Shown here in pieces: positions 29,188-39,080 of a stretch of DNA of 64,000 nt. The position numbers were made by a program, and so were the translations under genes. The stretch is from contig URDS01000004.1 of assembly GCA_900546635.1 (NCBI GenBank), forward strand, positions 69 to 64,068, read 5' to 3'. The notes beneath the pieces were generated by a model. That model was not told the DNA's origin. It saw only the letters and a program-made list of their open reading frames with translations, and made no database searches. Within the stretch, counting starts at the first letter, position 1, and each line of letters begins with the position of its first letter. The DNA is from an uncultured Eubacteriales bacterium. Its GTDB lineage: Bacteria > Bacillota > Clostridia > Oscillospirales > CAG-272.

Positions 29188-30289
29188 AGCATCTCACCGA
29201 GAGCCTTTCATTCGGTTGGCTCGCCGCGACGCGGTTCCTTTCTGGAAAAAGATGGCGGTGCGTGTCATTGCGGTGCTGTTGGCGCTCGTGGTTGCGGCGC
29301 TCTTCCTGTATTTTGTGACCGGACTGAATCCGATTGAAGTCTACAAAACGATGTTCAAGGGCTCATTTGGCTCGAAGCGGAAGATTTTTACCACGCTGCG
29401 CGATATGTCCACGCTGCTCTGCGTGGGTATTGCGCTTGCGCCCGCGTTTAAAATGCGCTTTTGGAATATCGGCGGCGAGGGGCAGATCCTGATGGGGGCG
29501 CTTGCGTCCGCCATCTGTATGATTTATCTCGGCAATCGGGTTCCCGCATGGCAGCTTTATACGGCCATGGCGCTCTTTAGTATTTTTGCAGGCGCGCTGT
29601 GGGCGTTTTTCCCGGCGTTTTGCAAATCCAAATGGAATACAAACGAAACGCTGTTCACATTGATGATGAATTATGTGGCGATTCAGATCGTGGCTTGCTT
29701 TACCAACATTATGCGCGGTCAAAATTCTTCAATGGGACAGATCAACCAGACGACTCGTGCGGGATGGTTTCCGAAAGTATTCGGGTATACGTTTACGATC
29801 AACATTATTGTGGTTGCCGTTTTAATGCTGCTGATGTTTTTATATTTGCGGTACAGCAAGCACGGATATGAAATTTCCGTCGTCGGCGAAAGCGAGAATA
29901 CGGCGCGGTATGCGGGCATCAATGTGCGGAAAGTTATGATTCGCACGATGCTGATTTCGGGCGCTATCTGCGGGATTTGCGGATTTCTGATCGTTGCGGG
30001 GCGCGACTACGCAATCTCGACTACAACGGCGGGCGGTTCCGGCTTTACGGCGATTATCGTTGCCTGGCTTGCAAAATTCAATACGTTTTATATGGCGCTG
30101 ATTTCGTTTATTTTGACGTTTCTCGGCAACGGTGCGGAGCAGATCGCGTCTGACTTTAAGCTGAACGAATTTGCGTCGGATATTGTAACCGGCATCATAC
30201 TGTTTTTTATTCTCGGCAGCGAATTTTTTATCAATTATAAGATTATTTTCCGCGGCAAACAGCACGGAGCGAAAGAGGTGCGATCATGA
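29168..30289 (+). CDS. ABC transporter permease (BPD_transp_2 type), first subunit
   Basis: Polytopic membrane protein with NIGGEGQILMGAL typical of RnsC/NupB-like permeases. It overlaps the ATPase gene. Confidence 0.85.
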   Translation: MTKTVTEASHREPFIRLARRDAVPFWKKMAVRVIAVLLALVVAALFLYFVTGLNPIEVYKTMFKGSFGSKRKIFTTLRDMSTLLCVGIALAPAFKMRFWNIGGEGQILMGALASAICMIYLGNRVPAWQLYTAMALFSIFAGALWAFFPAFCKSKWNTNETLFTLMMNYVAIQIVACFTNIMRGQNSSMGQINQTTRAGWFPKVFGYTFTINIIVVAVLMLLMFLYLRYSKHGYEISVVGESENTARYAGINVRKVMIRTMLISGAICGICGFLIVAGRDYAISTTTAGGSGFTAIIVAWLAKFNTFYMALISFILTFLGNGAEQIASDFKLNEFASDIVTGIILFFILGSEFFINYKIIFRGKQHGAKEVRS

Positions 30290-31278
30290 TTGAAAATCTG
30301 GTAGCCTGGATTCTGCGCGCCGTGTCGTTCGGAACCATTATTATGTATGGCTGCATGGGTGAAACCATCACCGAAAAATCGGGGAATTTGAATCTGGGCG
30401 TGCCCGGAATCATGTACCTCGGCGGCTTTGCGGGCTTCGCGGGCGCATATTATTATGAGGAACTGGTTGCGGAGCCGAACGCGGCGCTCTGTATTTTGAT
30501 TGCGGTCGCATGCGGATTTCTGGCGGCGGCGTTTGGCGGATTGATTTTCAGCTTTTTGACGATCACGCTGCGCGCCAATCAGAATGTGACCGGTCTTGCG
30601 CTCACGACATTCGGCATGGGCGTGGCTAATTTCTTCGGCGTGATGATTTTAAATGGAGGAACGGCGGTGAAGGCGGATTTCGCCAATACGGTATTCACTG
30701 CGAAAATTCCATATCTTTCTTCTCTCGGCTTTATCGGGCAGACCGTGTTTTCCTATGGTTTTTTGGCGTACGCCGCGATTTTGCTTGCCGTGTTTTTGCG
30801 CTTTGTTTTAAATCGTACCCGCGTAGGCCTGAATCTGCGCGCGGTCGGCGAGAATCCGGCGACAGCGGATGCCGCGGGAATCAGTGTGGTCAAATATAAA
30901 TATCTGGCTACCTGTCTCGGCGCCGGAATCTCCGGTCTCGGCGGACTTTATTATGTGCTTGATTTCAACAGCGGCATCTGGGCGACATCCGGGGAAATTG
31001 AGGCGCTTGGCTGGCTGGCGGTTGCGCTGGTTATCTTTACGGTTTGGAGACCGGTCAACGCGATTTGGGGCGCGTATCTTTTCGGTATGCTCTATTGGCT
31101 GTATCAGTATTTGCCGAATATTTTGGGCTTTAAAATTACAAATTATATGACCGATCTTGTCCGTATGGTGCCTTATGTGGTGACAATCGTTGTCTTGATT
31201 GTGACCAGCTTCCGCAAAAAGCGGGAGAGTCAGCCGCCGCAGAGTCTCGGTCTTGCCTATTTCCGCGAAGAGCGGTAA
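30286..31278 (+). CDS. ABC transporter permease (BPD_transp_2 type), second subunit
   Basis: Polytopic. It carries NLGVPGIMYLGGFAG and has a 4-nt overlap with the previous permease. Confidence 0.85.
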   Translation: MIENLVAWILRAVSFGTIIMYGCMGETITEKSGNLNLGVPGIMYLGGFAGFAGAYYYEELVAEPNAALCILIAVACGFLAAAFGGLIFSFLTITLRANQNVTGLALTTFGMGVANFFGVMILNGGTAVKADFANTVFTAKIPYLSSLGFIGQTVFSYGFLAYAAILLAVFLRFVLNRTRVGLNLRAVGENPATADAAGISVVKYKYLATCLGAGISGLGGLYYVLDFNSGIWATSGEIEALGWLAVALVIFTVWRPVNAIWGAYLFGMLYWLYQYLPNILGFKITNYMTDLVRMVPYVVTIVVLIVTSFRKKRESQPPQSLGLAYFREER

Positions 31279-31299
31279 ATGCGGGATACTATGAAAGTA

Positions 31300-31343
31300 A
31301 AAAAGCAACGGCTTTTTGAGAGAATCAAAAAGCCGTTGCTTTT
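31300..31343. terminator. Bidirectional hairpin terminator
   Basis: AAAAGCAACGGCTTTTT-GAGAGAA-TCAAAAAGCCGTTGCTTTT between convergent genes. Confidence 0.85.
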
Positions 31344-31372
31344 ATCGGTTAAACTTTTATATTGGGGTCGGA

Positions 31373-31786
31373 TTAAAACCAAATATGCACGCTGAAGCTT
31401 TTTTGACAGCGCGGACAGCGCACAGAGTGATTCCCGCGGCGTATAGGCAGCCGGAGAATGGATTTGCAGTACCGGCATTTCCGGTACCGACAGACTTTGC
31501 GATCTCGAATACGGTCGCGGGTCAGCTTGAAAAAGCTTTTGACTTTGGCAAAGATACTGAGAAATTTTCGATTCTCTTCGCGGCGCTGGTAAATGTTCTT
31601 GGAAAAGTAGCGAAAAAGCGCCCAGATCAAAAGGGCATCCGCCGCAATCAGCAAAATAGTAGAATGTACAAATGTGTTGATGAAACCGAGTCCTAAAAAA
31701 ACGATCAGCAGCGTGTAATAAAGCGGGTCCGCGCCATATCTGCCGTACATAAACCGATTAAATCGGTCAAGCAGTCTGCGAAACAT
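31373..31786 (-). CDS. Small membrane protein with a C-terminal Cys4 zinc-ribbon
   Basis: The start is set at MFRRLLDRF (CAT at 31784-31786, preceded by GGGAGTGA). It has two hydrophobic spans and then CRYRKCRYC...RCPRC. The longer ORF-track form (to 32080) would overlap the divergent flavin reductase gene. Confidence 0.6.
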   Translation of the reverse strand: MFRRLLDRFNRFMYGRYGADPLYYTLLIVFLGLGFINTFVHSTILLIAADALLIWALFRYFSKNIYQRREENRKFLSIFAKVKSFFKLTRDRIRDRKVCRYRKCRYCKSILRLPIRRGNHSVRCPRCQKSFSVHIWF

Positions 31787-31867
31787 ATTATCACTCCCAG
31801 TTATATAGAATAACACGGCAATAAGAAGATTATATAGTCTACAGGTGAAAATGCGGTGAAATGCAGA

Positions 31868-31896
31868 TTGACAATTTTCGATTTGATGTGTACAAT
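31868..31896 (+). promoter_or_regulatory. Candidate sigma-A promoter for the flavin reductase gene
   Basis: TTGACA-17 nt-TACAAT, 30 nt upstream of ATG 31926. Confidence 0.65.
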
Positions 31897-31925
31897 AAAT
31901 ATGGGTTTCGGAAAAGGGGGAGCAA

Positions 31926-32579
31926 ATGGCAAAACAGATTTGGAAAGGCGGCGCGCTTTTGGCGCCTCTGCCGGCGGTGCTTGTCACATCGGGTACAATG
32001 GACGAGGCGAATATAGCGACCGTGGCATGGACAGGGATTGTCAATACAATTCCGCCGAAAACATATATTTCATTGCGCAAAAGCCGTTATAGCTTTGAAC
32101 TGATTCAGCAAAGCGGTGAATTTGCTATCAACCTGACGAGCGCGGATATGGTTCGCGCCGTGGATTACTGCGGCATCTATACCGGAAGAAAGGTCGATAA
32201 ATTTAAAAAGTGTAATTTGACCAAGGTACCCGCCAGCCAAATTTCCGCGCCGCTTCTCGGTGAAAGTCCGCTCAGCCTTGAATGCCGGGTGACCGAGCAA
32301 AAGGAACTCGGCACGCATGTTTTGCTGCTTGCGGATATTGTGGCCACGGACGTGGAGGATACGCTTTTGGACAAGAACGGGAAACTGGATCTTGCGCGCG
32401 CGCATCTTGCGGCATTTGCGCACGGTGAATATTTTGAACTCGGTCGCCGTATCGGCCGTTTCGGATTTTCGGCGGCTGGAAAAAAATCATTGCATACCGC
32501 GGGACAGGGAAGCGCGCCTGCTGTTCGCGGCGGAACAGCGCGCACGAAAAATTTAAAAAAGACGGGCGGCAAAAAGTGA
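31926..32579 (+). CDS. Flavin reductase-like (FMN-binding split-barrel) protein with a basic C-terminal tail
   Basis: LLAPLPAVLVTSGTMDEANIATVAWTGIVNTIPPKTYISLRKSRYSFELIQQSGEFAINL matches the Flavin_Reduct fold pattern. Confidence 0.8.
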   Translation: MAKQIWKGGALLAPLPAVLVTSGTMDEANIATVAWTGIVNTIPPKTYISLRKSRYSFELIQQSGEFAINLTSADMVRAVDYCGIYTGRKVDKFKKCNLTKVPASQISAPLLGESPLSLECRVTEQKELGTHVLLLADIVATDVEDTLLDKNGKLDLARAHLAAFAHGEYFELGRRIGRFGFSAAGKKSLHTAGQGSAPAVRGGTARTKNLKKTGGKK

Positions 32580-32597
32580 GCCGGGAAAGGACATAAC

Positions 32598-33011
32598 ATG
32601 AATTTTGATTTTTCAGGCGTCGGTACAGTGTGTTTCGGCGGCATGGATTTTATGTTTAACGTGTTTCCGATTTTGTTTGGCGTACTGTTTTGCTTTATCC
32701 TTGGCGTATTTATTGCTGTTTTTGCGGGCGGAATCAGGCAGTGGAATCGGAACAACCATTCGCCGGTGCTGACCGTCGCGGCAACGGTTGTGGCAAAACG
32801 GGTAAATGTCAGCACTTCGCATCACCATCACGGCAGCGGGAGCATGGGACATACGTCCACGTCGTCCTCTTATTATGTTACCTTTGAGGTGGAAAGCGGC
32901 GACCGTATGGAACTTTCCATGAGCGGTGAGGAGTACGGTCTGCTGATTGAGGGAGACACGGGGCGCTTGACGTTTCAGGGGACGCGCTTTAAAGGATTTG
33001 ACCAGACTTGA
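32598..33011 (+). CDS. DUF2500-like small membrane protein
   Basis: One TM, then ...YYVTFEVESGDRMELSMSGEEYGLLIEGDTGRLTFQGTRFKGF, the typical DUF2500 C-terminal pattern. Confidence 0.6.
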   Translation: MNFDFSGVGTVCFGGMDFMFNVFPILFGVLFCFILGVFIAVFAGGIRQWNRNNHSPVLTVAATVVAKRVNVSTSHHHHGSGSMGHTSTSSSYYVTFEVESGDRMELSMSGEEYGLLIEGDTGRLTFQGTRFKGFDQT

Positions 33012-33257
33012 TTTCAACCTTTTTCCGGCGTTGCTTTTGCAAAATGTTTTATAGGTACGCGGATTTTGTTTCCCGGCATGATAGACGCTTTTCCATAGGT
33101 TAAACATCTTAGTTTTGAAAATGGCAAGTATAAGAAGCGGACGCATAGCGCCCACTTCCTCTATTTTTTATAGAAAAATTGCGCGATAGTCGTGCGGCAT
33201 GGAAAAGGGAACCATAGATATAAAAAGTTCGGCATATAGAAGCGCGGGCGCTTACAA

Positions 33258-34799
33258 TTACATCAAGGGGGCAAATACGCGCAGAAAATCCTGGATCAAG
33301 CGTTTTCCAAAACTTCCCCGGCAATCTTTGACCGTCATTTCACGGCTGCATGAAATCGTATGCAGAAAGTCGTCTCGCACCGCATTCACCACCGAACCGC
33401 CGTAAAAACAGGCCCCGGATTCAAAATGCAGATATAAGCTGCGAAAGTCAAGATTCGCGGATCCGACCGCCGCCACACTGTCATCCGAAACAAATGTTTT
33501 TGCATGGACAAATCCGCGTGAATATTCATAAATTCGCACGCCGGCTGCAAGCAGTTCGCGATAATAGGAGCGCGTCGTCATGTGCACATACCATTTGTCC
33601 CCGATACAGGGCGTCAAAATCCGAATATCCACGCCTCCTTTCGCCGCGGCAACCATTGCGCCGAGCATCGGTTCGTCTAAAATTAGATACGGTGTACAGA
33701 TGTAAATATAACGATGCGCGGCATAAAGCAGTCTTAGGTAGACGCCGGCCGCGATATATTCTCCGTCCAGAGGAGAAGCCGCATAGGGTTGGACAAAACC
33801 GCATTCCAATCCGCATTCCGAGCTTTGTTCATCCGCCGCCGGGCAAAAATCCGCCAAATTTTCCTGTGTGCCCGTAAGCGCAGACCACATTTCCAAAAAC
33901 ATCATTGCAAAGCTCAAGGCCGCCCGCCCCGATACAAAAACGGCTGCATCCTTCCAATGTCCGTGTTTTTCCAGCGCATTGATATACTCGTCGGCTATGT
34001 TGATTCCGCCCGTAAAAGCAACCCGTCCGTCAATCGCCACGATTTTGCGGTGGTCACGGTTATTCTGAAGGGAAGAAAATACCGGAAGAAACGGATTGAA
34101 GACACAGCATCGTATACCCGCCTCCGCCATTTGCTTTGAAAAGCGTTTAGGCAAAAGAAAAAAACAACCGAAATCATCATAAATCAGGCGCACGTCTACC
34201 CCGGCGCGAGCCTTATTCTTCAGGATTTCAAAAATCGAATCCCACATCTGTCCGGGTTCCACAATAAAATATTCGAGAAAAATATATTTTTCCGCTTTGG
34301 AAAGCTCTTCGAGCAGTTTTTCGAGTTTTTTCTCTCCGGGCGAAAGATACAAGGCGCGGCAGCCGCCGTATATGGGGTAGCCTGCGTTTCGCTCCAGATA
34401 AGAAATCAGCGTACAATATGCCGGAAATTGGGAACAGGCTTGCAAATTCCCGGAATGCGTGTTCGTCAGATATTGCTGTGAACGAACTTTTGCCGCGGCC
34501 AGTCTGCGGCGCATCCGTACAGCGGCGCTCTGAAGACGGTATAAAAGATAAAACAATCCGCCGAAAGCAGGAAATAATAAAATCAGTGTTGTCCAAGTCA
34601 GTTTATACGCGCTTTTATCCTGTCCCGCAATTACAAATACGGCGACAGCAAAGCTCATCATGCGCAGTGCGGCGCGTATCGATACCGAATACAGACTCCC
34701 GCTGACAAGCGCATATACTGCAAACAAAAGTTGAAAAAGCAGCAAAAGAATTACCGCAAGCCGTTGTCCGATTCTGCGCGGCCGTCCACGTTTTTTCAT
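33258..34799 (-). CDS. cls: Cardiolipin synthase (two PLD/HKD domains)
   Basis: HKD motifs HRKIVAIDGRVAFTGGINIAD and VHAKTFVSDDSVAAVGSANLD, plus N-terminal TM helices. An AAGGAG RBS is present. Confidence 0.93.
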   Translation of the reverse strand: MKKRGRPRRIGQRLAVILLLLFQLLFAVYALVSGSLYSVSIRAALRMMSFAVAVFVIAGQDKSAYKLTWTTLILLFPAFGGLFYLLYRLQSAAVRMRRRLAAAKVRSQQYLTNTHSGNLQACSQFPAYCTLISYLERNAGYPIYGGCRALYLSPGEKKLEKLLEELSKAEKYIFLEYFIVEPGQMWDSIFEILKNKARAGVDVRLIYDDFGCFFLLPKRFSKQMAEAGIRCCVFNPFLPVFSSLQNNRDHRKIVAIDGRVAFTGGINIADEYINALEKHGHWKDAAVFVSGRAALSFAMMFLEMWSALTGTQENLADFCPAADEQSSECGLECGFVQPYAASPLDGEYIAAGVYLRLLYAAHRYIYICTPYLILDEPMLGAMVAAAKGGVDIRILTPCIGDKWYVHMTTRSYYRELLAAGVRIYEYSRGFVHAKTFVSDDSVAAVGSANLDFRSLYLHFESGACFYGGSVVNAVRDDFLHTISCSREMTVKDCRGSFGKRLIQDFLRVFAPLM

Positions 34800-34913
34800 A
34801 TGCCAGTCTCCTTGCGCCCATTCATCATTTCGTTTTATTGTGCACAGAAAAGGGCAAAAATACCCGTCCCAATAAAAGCCGAAGTATGGGCGCGCAGCCG
34901 ATGAAAAAAGAAA

Positions 34914-34946
34914 GAACCCACCGCGCCGTTTTGTCGTGGTGGGTTC
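34914..34946 (-). terminator. Hairpin terminator after the sialidase-like gene
   Basis: GAACCCACC...GGTGGGTTC stem with a T-run on the minus strand. Confidence 0.65.
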
Positions 34947-34995
34947 AGTTTTGTTGATGCGCGCCTGAAAGCTTTTTTGCAGGATGAACCGAGAA

Positions 34996-37731
34996 TCAGT
35001 TTACATAATTCATGGCTTCAAACAAATCATCCGAGAAAGCAATCCACGCGATATCCACTCCGTCATGGATCGGCGCCTGCGCAGAATTGAACGGATCCAA
35101 ACGCATGGATTTCAGCGTACCGCTGTACAGGGAAAAGGCGGAAAAATCAACGAGATAGGTATGCCACTCGCCGTCATCCTCAATATCCAGCGTATACTGA
35201 GCAGCTTCGGAATAGGCCATTTCCGCCATATCGCCCGCACAGAAATAAAACCCGATGGACGGCGGAACCGCTCCGCTGCTGTGCGCACGGGCGCGGATCA
35301 GCATATATTTATGGCTATCCGCATTTAGACTGCCATACCGAAGCGTAACAAAAGGATCATGACTGTCCGTAATACTTAAGTTTACGCACTGATCGGCGGA
35401 ATGAAACGATACCTCCAGTTCGTTTTCGGCTGTAAACAATCCGGAAACGCTGTCGGATTTGTCAAACACATAAAGCGCCTGCGGCATTTCCGAATCCTTT
35501 TCGGGCGGATCAGCCACGGCATGCGCGGCGGCCTTGCCCGGCGCCAGGGAATCCGCCGAACCGCCGTCCTCAAACATCAAATCCAGCCAGGTAGAAGCAT
35601 CATAGGCGTCCAAGCCCTCAAGGATGTCTTGTGCCATTGTACCGTCCGCATCCGCATTGTTCAGCATCAAATTGATCTTCAGACCCCGACGGCCGGAAAT
35701 ACCGAGCGCTGCCATGTCGGCTTCGATTTCAGTTACAATCCCGCCTTCCTTGCCTGAAATCACAGAGGAAGCATACGTAAAACCGGAAGCAACCACTTCA
35801 TATGCCTTTCCCGCGCCGTATTCCAGAATAACATCGCCCGAAGCATCGATTCGGAACCGATAATATTTTCCGGCGGTATCGGCAATATAAATAAACGAAG
35901 CATCTTGTTCGGTCAGGCTTTCATCACGGCGTTCCACCAGCAGATACAGCCGGCTGCCGTTATGCGCCGCGCGTACCGAGGCCTGTGCCTGAGAAGAACT
36001 TCCGATGAACAGCGCCTCCTTGATGTCCGCCCAATCCAAAGAATTTTTGCCGTCTGTAACAATGGATTTACGAGGCGCTTGAATTGCATGATTCAAATAT
36101 AAATTTTCGAGCAGAATCGAATTTTTTGTGCCGGATACCGGAAAAACAGCGGTCAAACGGTTGTTGCCGGTCACCTCGATCGCCCCCCAATAGCCGGGAT
36201 ACCGGAATACGGTAACTTCTTCGCCGAAGCTGCGCGCGTCTCCGTCGCCGACGCGCAAAACCATGCTTCGGCTGTTTTTTCCGTAGGCAAGAACCGTTTC
36301 GCCGGTGGGCATTTTGACGATATACGGCCCCGCGCCCGAAAACATATTGTCTTGTCTGTCTGACGGGCCGGTTTGATCAAACGCCACCGTTTCCGACCAT
36401 GCGGCATCCGAATGGATCACGGAAATACGGAAATTTTTATCGGGCATTTTGGATTCACAGACCACTGCGAGCGTGCCGTCATACAATTCCGTGCCGACAC
36501 TCATCTGATCCGTAAAGCTTGGGCTTCCTTCCACATCCAAAACATATTGCTGGAAAATAAGGCGCGCTTGCCACGGCGCAGCCGATACTTCCGGCAGCCA
36601 GGTGTACCCCCCGTCGGTTGAGCACACCATGGCGGTGCCGGTGGAATTTCGATCTGTTTTGGCGCCCCAATATTCAATTCCCGGTGAAACCTGTGTAAAA
36701 TATACCTGGATTTCTCCATTGGAAAGCTCTTGAATTGAAGGTTCCCAATTCACGCCCGTATATATGGACTGCGGCTCTCCCCATGAACGTCCACCGTTCG
36801 TCGAACGGCGAAGGTAAATTCCGGCCAACTCCGGATGATTTAAATAGCCTTTGTTTGCGCGATAGGATACGACTGTGAGAATATCGCCGTTTGACAGAAC
36901 CTCGGCATCGCAGTTCACAAAATAGGTCGTGTCCGTTCCGGTATCGGTGTAATCACAGGGGAACTTATATTGTGAAGCATTGTACAATACCTGCGGCGCC
37001 TCCCAGTGAACAAGATCATCGCTGAAAGAATAATAAATATGAGGGCCGAACGATCCGTATTGCCAGAACATGATATAACTGCCATCATTTTTTTGCTTGA
37101 TTCGAGGATACTGCGCTTTGTCATAGCGTGCCTGACCGGTAGTCGCGGAGGAAAGCTCTATCAGCGAACGCATATCCGCTTCGATATAAGCGGGCGTATC
37201 CGCTTTGGCATGCGAGTTTTCTTCTATATAGGTGTTTAGGGCGGAAAGCTTTGTCAGAACCGCCTTTCCGTCCGTGTCCGAGACGCCGGCAGTAATGGTT
37301 GCCGTACTCGTTGCGCCGTCCCATGAAACGGACGCGCCGAGCGCCTCCACCACAAAGCGCACCGGCAGATATGTGCGGGAATTTTCTATAAACGCGGGCG
37401 CATCCAGCGCTTTTGCCTCCCCGTTGATTACAGCCGTCTCTGCACCGATGGTGATTTTAATTTCGGTCTCGCCGCTTGTGACGGTAGCCGTACTTGTTGC
37501 GCCGTCCCACGAAACAGATGCGCCCAGGTTTTCGGCGACAAAGCGCACCGGCAGCATCGTGCGGTCATGGCGAATGATCGGCGCCGCGTCGAGCGTCTTG
37601 GCTTCTCCGTTGACGTAACCGTTCATATCGCCGATCGTCATTTTGATTTCAACAGATTCGGCCGCTGCGGCTGAAATCCACAGGGCGCAAGTCACGATCA
37701 GCAAAATCGCAAATGTGAAAAATTTTTTCAT
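34996..37731 (-). CDS. Secreted BNR/Asp-box (sialidase-like) glycoside hydrolase with two N-terminal copper-amine-oxidase-like stalk domains and a C-terminal CBM9-like region
   Basis: Signal peptide MKKFFTFAILLIVTCALWISAAAA. Two ~60-aa repeats end LPVRFV.E.LGASVSWDGATSTAT. Asp-boxes are STNGGRSW and STDGGYTW. The start is set at the ATG after GGGGGAA. Confidence 0.75.
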   Translation of the reverse strand: MKKFFTFAILLIVTCALWISAAAAESVEIKMTIGDMNGYVNGEAKTLDAAPIIRHDRTMLPVRFVAENLGASVSWDGATSTATVTSGETEIKITIGAETAVINGEAKALDAPAFIENSRTYLPVRFVVEALGASVSWDGATSTATITAGVSDTDGKAVLTKLSALNTYIEENSHAKADTPAYIEADMRSLIELSSATTGQARYDKAQYPRIKQKNDGSYIMFWQYGSFGPHIYYSFSDDLVHWEAPQVLYNASQYKFPCDYTDTGTDTTYFVNCDAEVLSNGDILTVVSYRANKGYLNHPELAGIYLRRSTNGGRSWGEPQSIYTGVNWEPSIQELSNGEIQVYFTQVSPGIEYWGAKTDRNSTGTAMVCSTDGGYTWLPEVSAAPWQARLIFQQYVLDVEGSPSFTDQMSVGTELYDGTLAVVCESKMPDKNFRISVIHSDAAWSETVAFDQTGPSDRQDNMFSGAGPYIVKMPTGETVLAYGKNSRSMVLRVGDGDARSFGEEVTVFRYPGYWGAIEVTGNNRLTAVFPVSGTKNSILLENLYLNHAIQAPRKSIVTDGKNSLDWADIKEALFIGSSSQAQASVRAAHNGSRLYLLVERRDESLTEQDASFIYIADTAGKYYRFRIDASGDVILEYGAGKAYEVVASGFTYASSVISGKEGGIVTEIEADMAALGISGRRGLKINLMLNNADADGTMAQDILEGLDAYDASTWLDLMFEDGGSADSLAPGKAAAHAVADPPEKDSEMPQALYVFDKSDSVSGLFTAENELEVSFHSADQCVNLSITDSHDPFVTLRYGSLNADSHKYMLIRARAHSSGAVPPSIGFYFCAGDMAEMAYSEAAQYTLDIEDDGEWHTYLVDFSAFSLYSGTLKSMRLDPFNSAQAPIHDGVDIAWIAFSDDLFEAMNYVN
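37287..37656 (-). repeat. Intragenic tandem duplication encoding the two stalk (Cu_amine_oxidN1-like) domains
   Basis: The two protein repeats share LPVRFV-E-LGASVSWDGATSTAT-T-G. The DNA blocks GTACTCGTTGCGCCGTCCCATGAAACGGACGCGCC and GTACTTGTTGCGCCGTCCCACGAAACAGATGCGCC are near-identical. Confidence 0.8.
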
Positions 37732-37950
37732 TTTGGGTTCCCCCGCTTTCATGGTTGGATTTCAAGATTCAAAAAACGCAATCCACGTTTGGTTTCGGTA
37801 ACAGGATTCTGTTTTTATTATACGGTTCGGTCGTATTTTCCACAAGATGAAAAAAGAAGAATTTTTTCATCCGATTTTACCTGTTTGAACATAAAAAATC
37901 CGATATGCTCGAAAAGAGACATATCGGATTTTAAAATTCAGTATCGTTGC

Positions 37951-38208
37951 TCAGTCGCTGACGTACGGAATCAGCGCCATTTGTCTTGCGCGCTTTACCG
38001 CAATTGTAAGCTGACGCTGATGAACAGCGCAGGTACCCGAAATTCTTCTGGGCAGAATCTTAGAGCGCTCGCTGACCAGTTTCTTCAGTCTTACAGTATC
38101 TTTGTAATCAATATAATCGATTTTGTCCGCACAGAAGAGACAAACTTTCTTCTTTTTCCGCATCGGGCGGAACGGACGCTGAGCGTTTTCGGTTGTTTTG
38201 TTATCCAT
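37951..38208 (-). CDS. rpsR: 30S ribosomal protein S18
   Basis: [63 protein letters not shown]. Confidence 0.96.
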   Translation of the reverse strand: MDNKTTENAQRPFRPMRKKKKVCLFCADKIDYIDYKDTVRLKKLVSERSKILPRRISGTCAVHQRQLTIAVKRARQMALIPYVSD

Positions 38209-38267
38209 TGAATACGTAACCCCGTCTTTGAATCCAGACTTTCCTTTCTAAAAATTTACCGCCATGT

Positions 38268-38732
38268 TTAGAACGGCAGACCGTCATCCTCGGATACGGT
38301 CTCAAATTTCGGCGCCGCCGCATCCGTATTGGAATATGAGGGCGTAGAGTAAGCATCCGGCATATATTGCGCGCCGCCGGCAGTCCCCGTAGAATCCGAT
38401 TTGTTTTCCACAAAGCCCACTTCGTCGGCTACAACCTCGGTCACATACCGTTTGTTGCCCTGATTATCCGTATAGCTGCGGCTCTGGATCGAACCGCATA
38501 CCAATATAGGCTTGCCTTTTTTAAAATAGCGTGAAACGAACTCAGCTGACTGACGCCAGGCCACAATACTGATAAAATCAGCGGTTTGCTGACCGTCCGC
38601 CGCATTTTTACTCTGGTATCTGCGATTTACCGCGATCGTAAACGTCACGACCGATATACCCGACTGCGTTTGCTTCAGTTCCGGGTCAGCGGTCAGATTC
38701 CCGATCAAAATTGCCTTATTTAAGCTTGCCAT
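38268..38732 (-). CDS. ssb: Single-stranded DNA-binding protein
   Basis: MASLNKAILIGNLTADPELKQTQSGISVVTFTIAVNR OB-fold region and an acidic C-terminal tip DDGLPF. Confidence 0.96.
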   Translation of the reverse strand: MASLNKAILIGNLTADPELKQTQSGISVVTFTIAVNRRYQSKNAADGQQTADFISIVAWRQSAEFVSRYFKKGKPILVCGSIQSRSYTDNQGNKRYVTEVVADEVGFVENKSDSTGTAGGAQYMPDAYSTPSYSNTDAAAPKFETVSEDDGLPF

Positions 38733-38762
38733 ACTCGCGCCTCCTTTCCGTCTACTTCAAAC

Positions 38763-39080
38763 TTACGCCTTGGATTTTGCTTTTTTCTGCTCAAGCCGAA
38801 TCACGATGCCGCGCATGATGTTTTCATCAATGTTATAGCGGCGCTCAAGTTCGGCCGGGAAATCGGGTGCGCTTGTGAAATTCACAAGAACATAATATCC
38901 CTCCGGAATGTCATTGATCGGATACGCAAGTCTGCGCTTGCCCCACTCATTGACTTCCACAATGCTTCCGCTTTCCGCGATCAGCGCCGTGAACTTTTCT
39001 ACCGTTGCTTTAACGGCCTCTTCGCTGATGGTCGGGTTTACGATGAACATGGTTTCGTAGGAATGAACTGCCTTTTCCAT
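38763..39080 (-). CDS. rpsF: 30S ribosomal protein S6
   Basis: YETMFIVNP...EEAVKATVEKF..., WGKRRLAYPI and GYYVLVNF. RBS is TAAGGAGG. Confidence 0.95.
   Translation of the reverse strand: MEKAVHSYETMFIVNPTISEEAVKATVEKFTALIAESGSIVEVNEWGKRRLAYPINDIPEGYYVLVNFTSAPDFPAELERRYNIDENIMRGIVIRLEQKKAKSKA

Noticed and set aside
31373-32080. 235-aa version of the zinc-ribbon membrane protein ORF.
   Set aside because: The N-terminal 98 codons overlap the divergent flavin reductase gene and its consensus promoter, and they have no RBS. The internal ATG at 31786 has GGGAGTGA upstream and yields a coherent two-TM plus Cys4 protein.
32820-32843. HHHHGSGS run in the DUF2500-like protein, which resembles an engineered His-tag plus GS linker.
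   Set aside because: There are only four His residues, embedded in a native Ser/Thr/His-rich low-complexity linker (TSHHHHGSGSMGHTSTSSS). No vector-like flanking sequence is present, so this is most likely natural.
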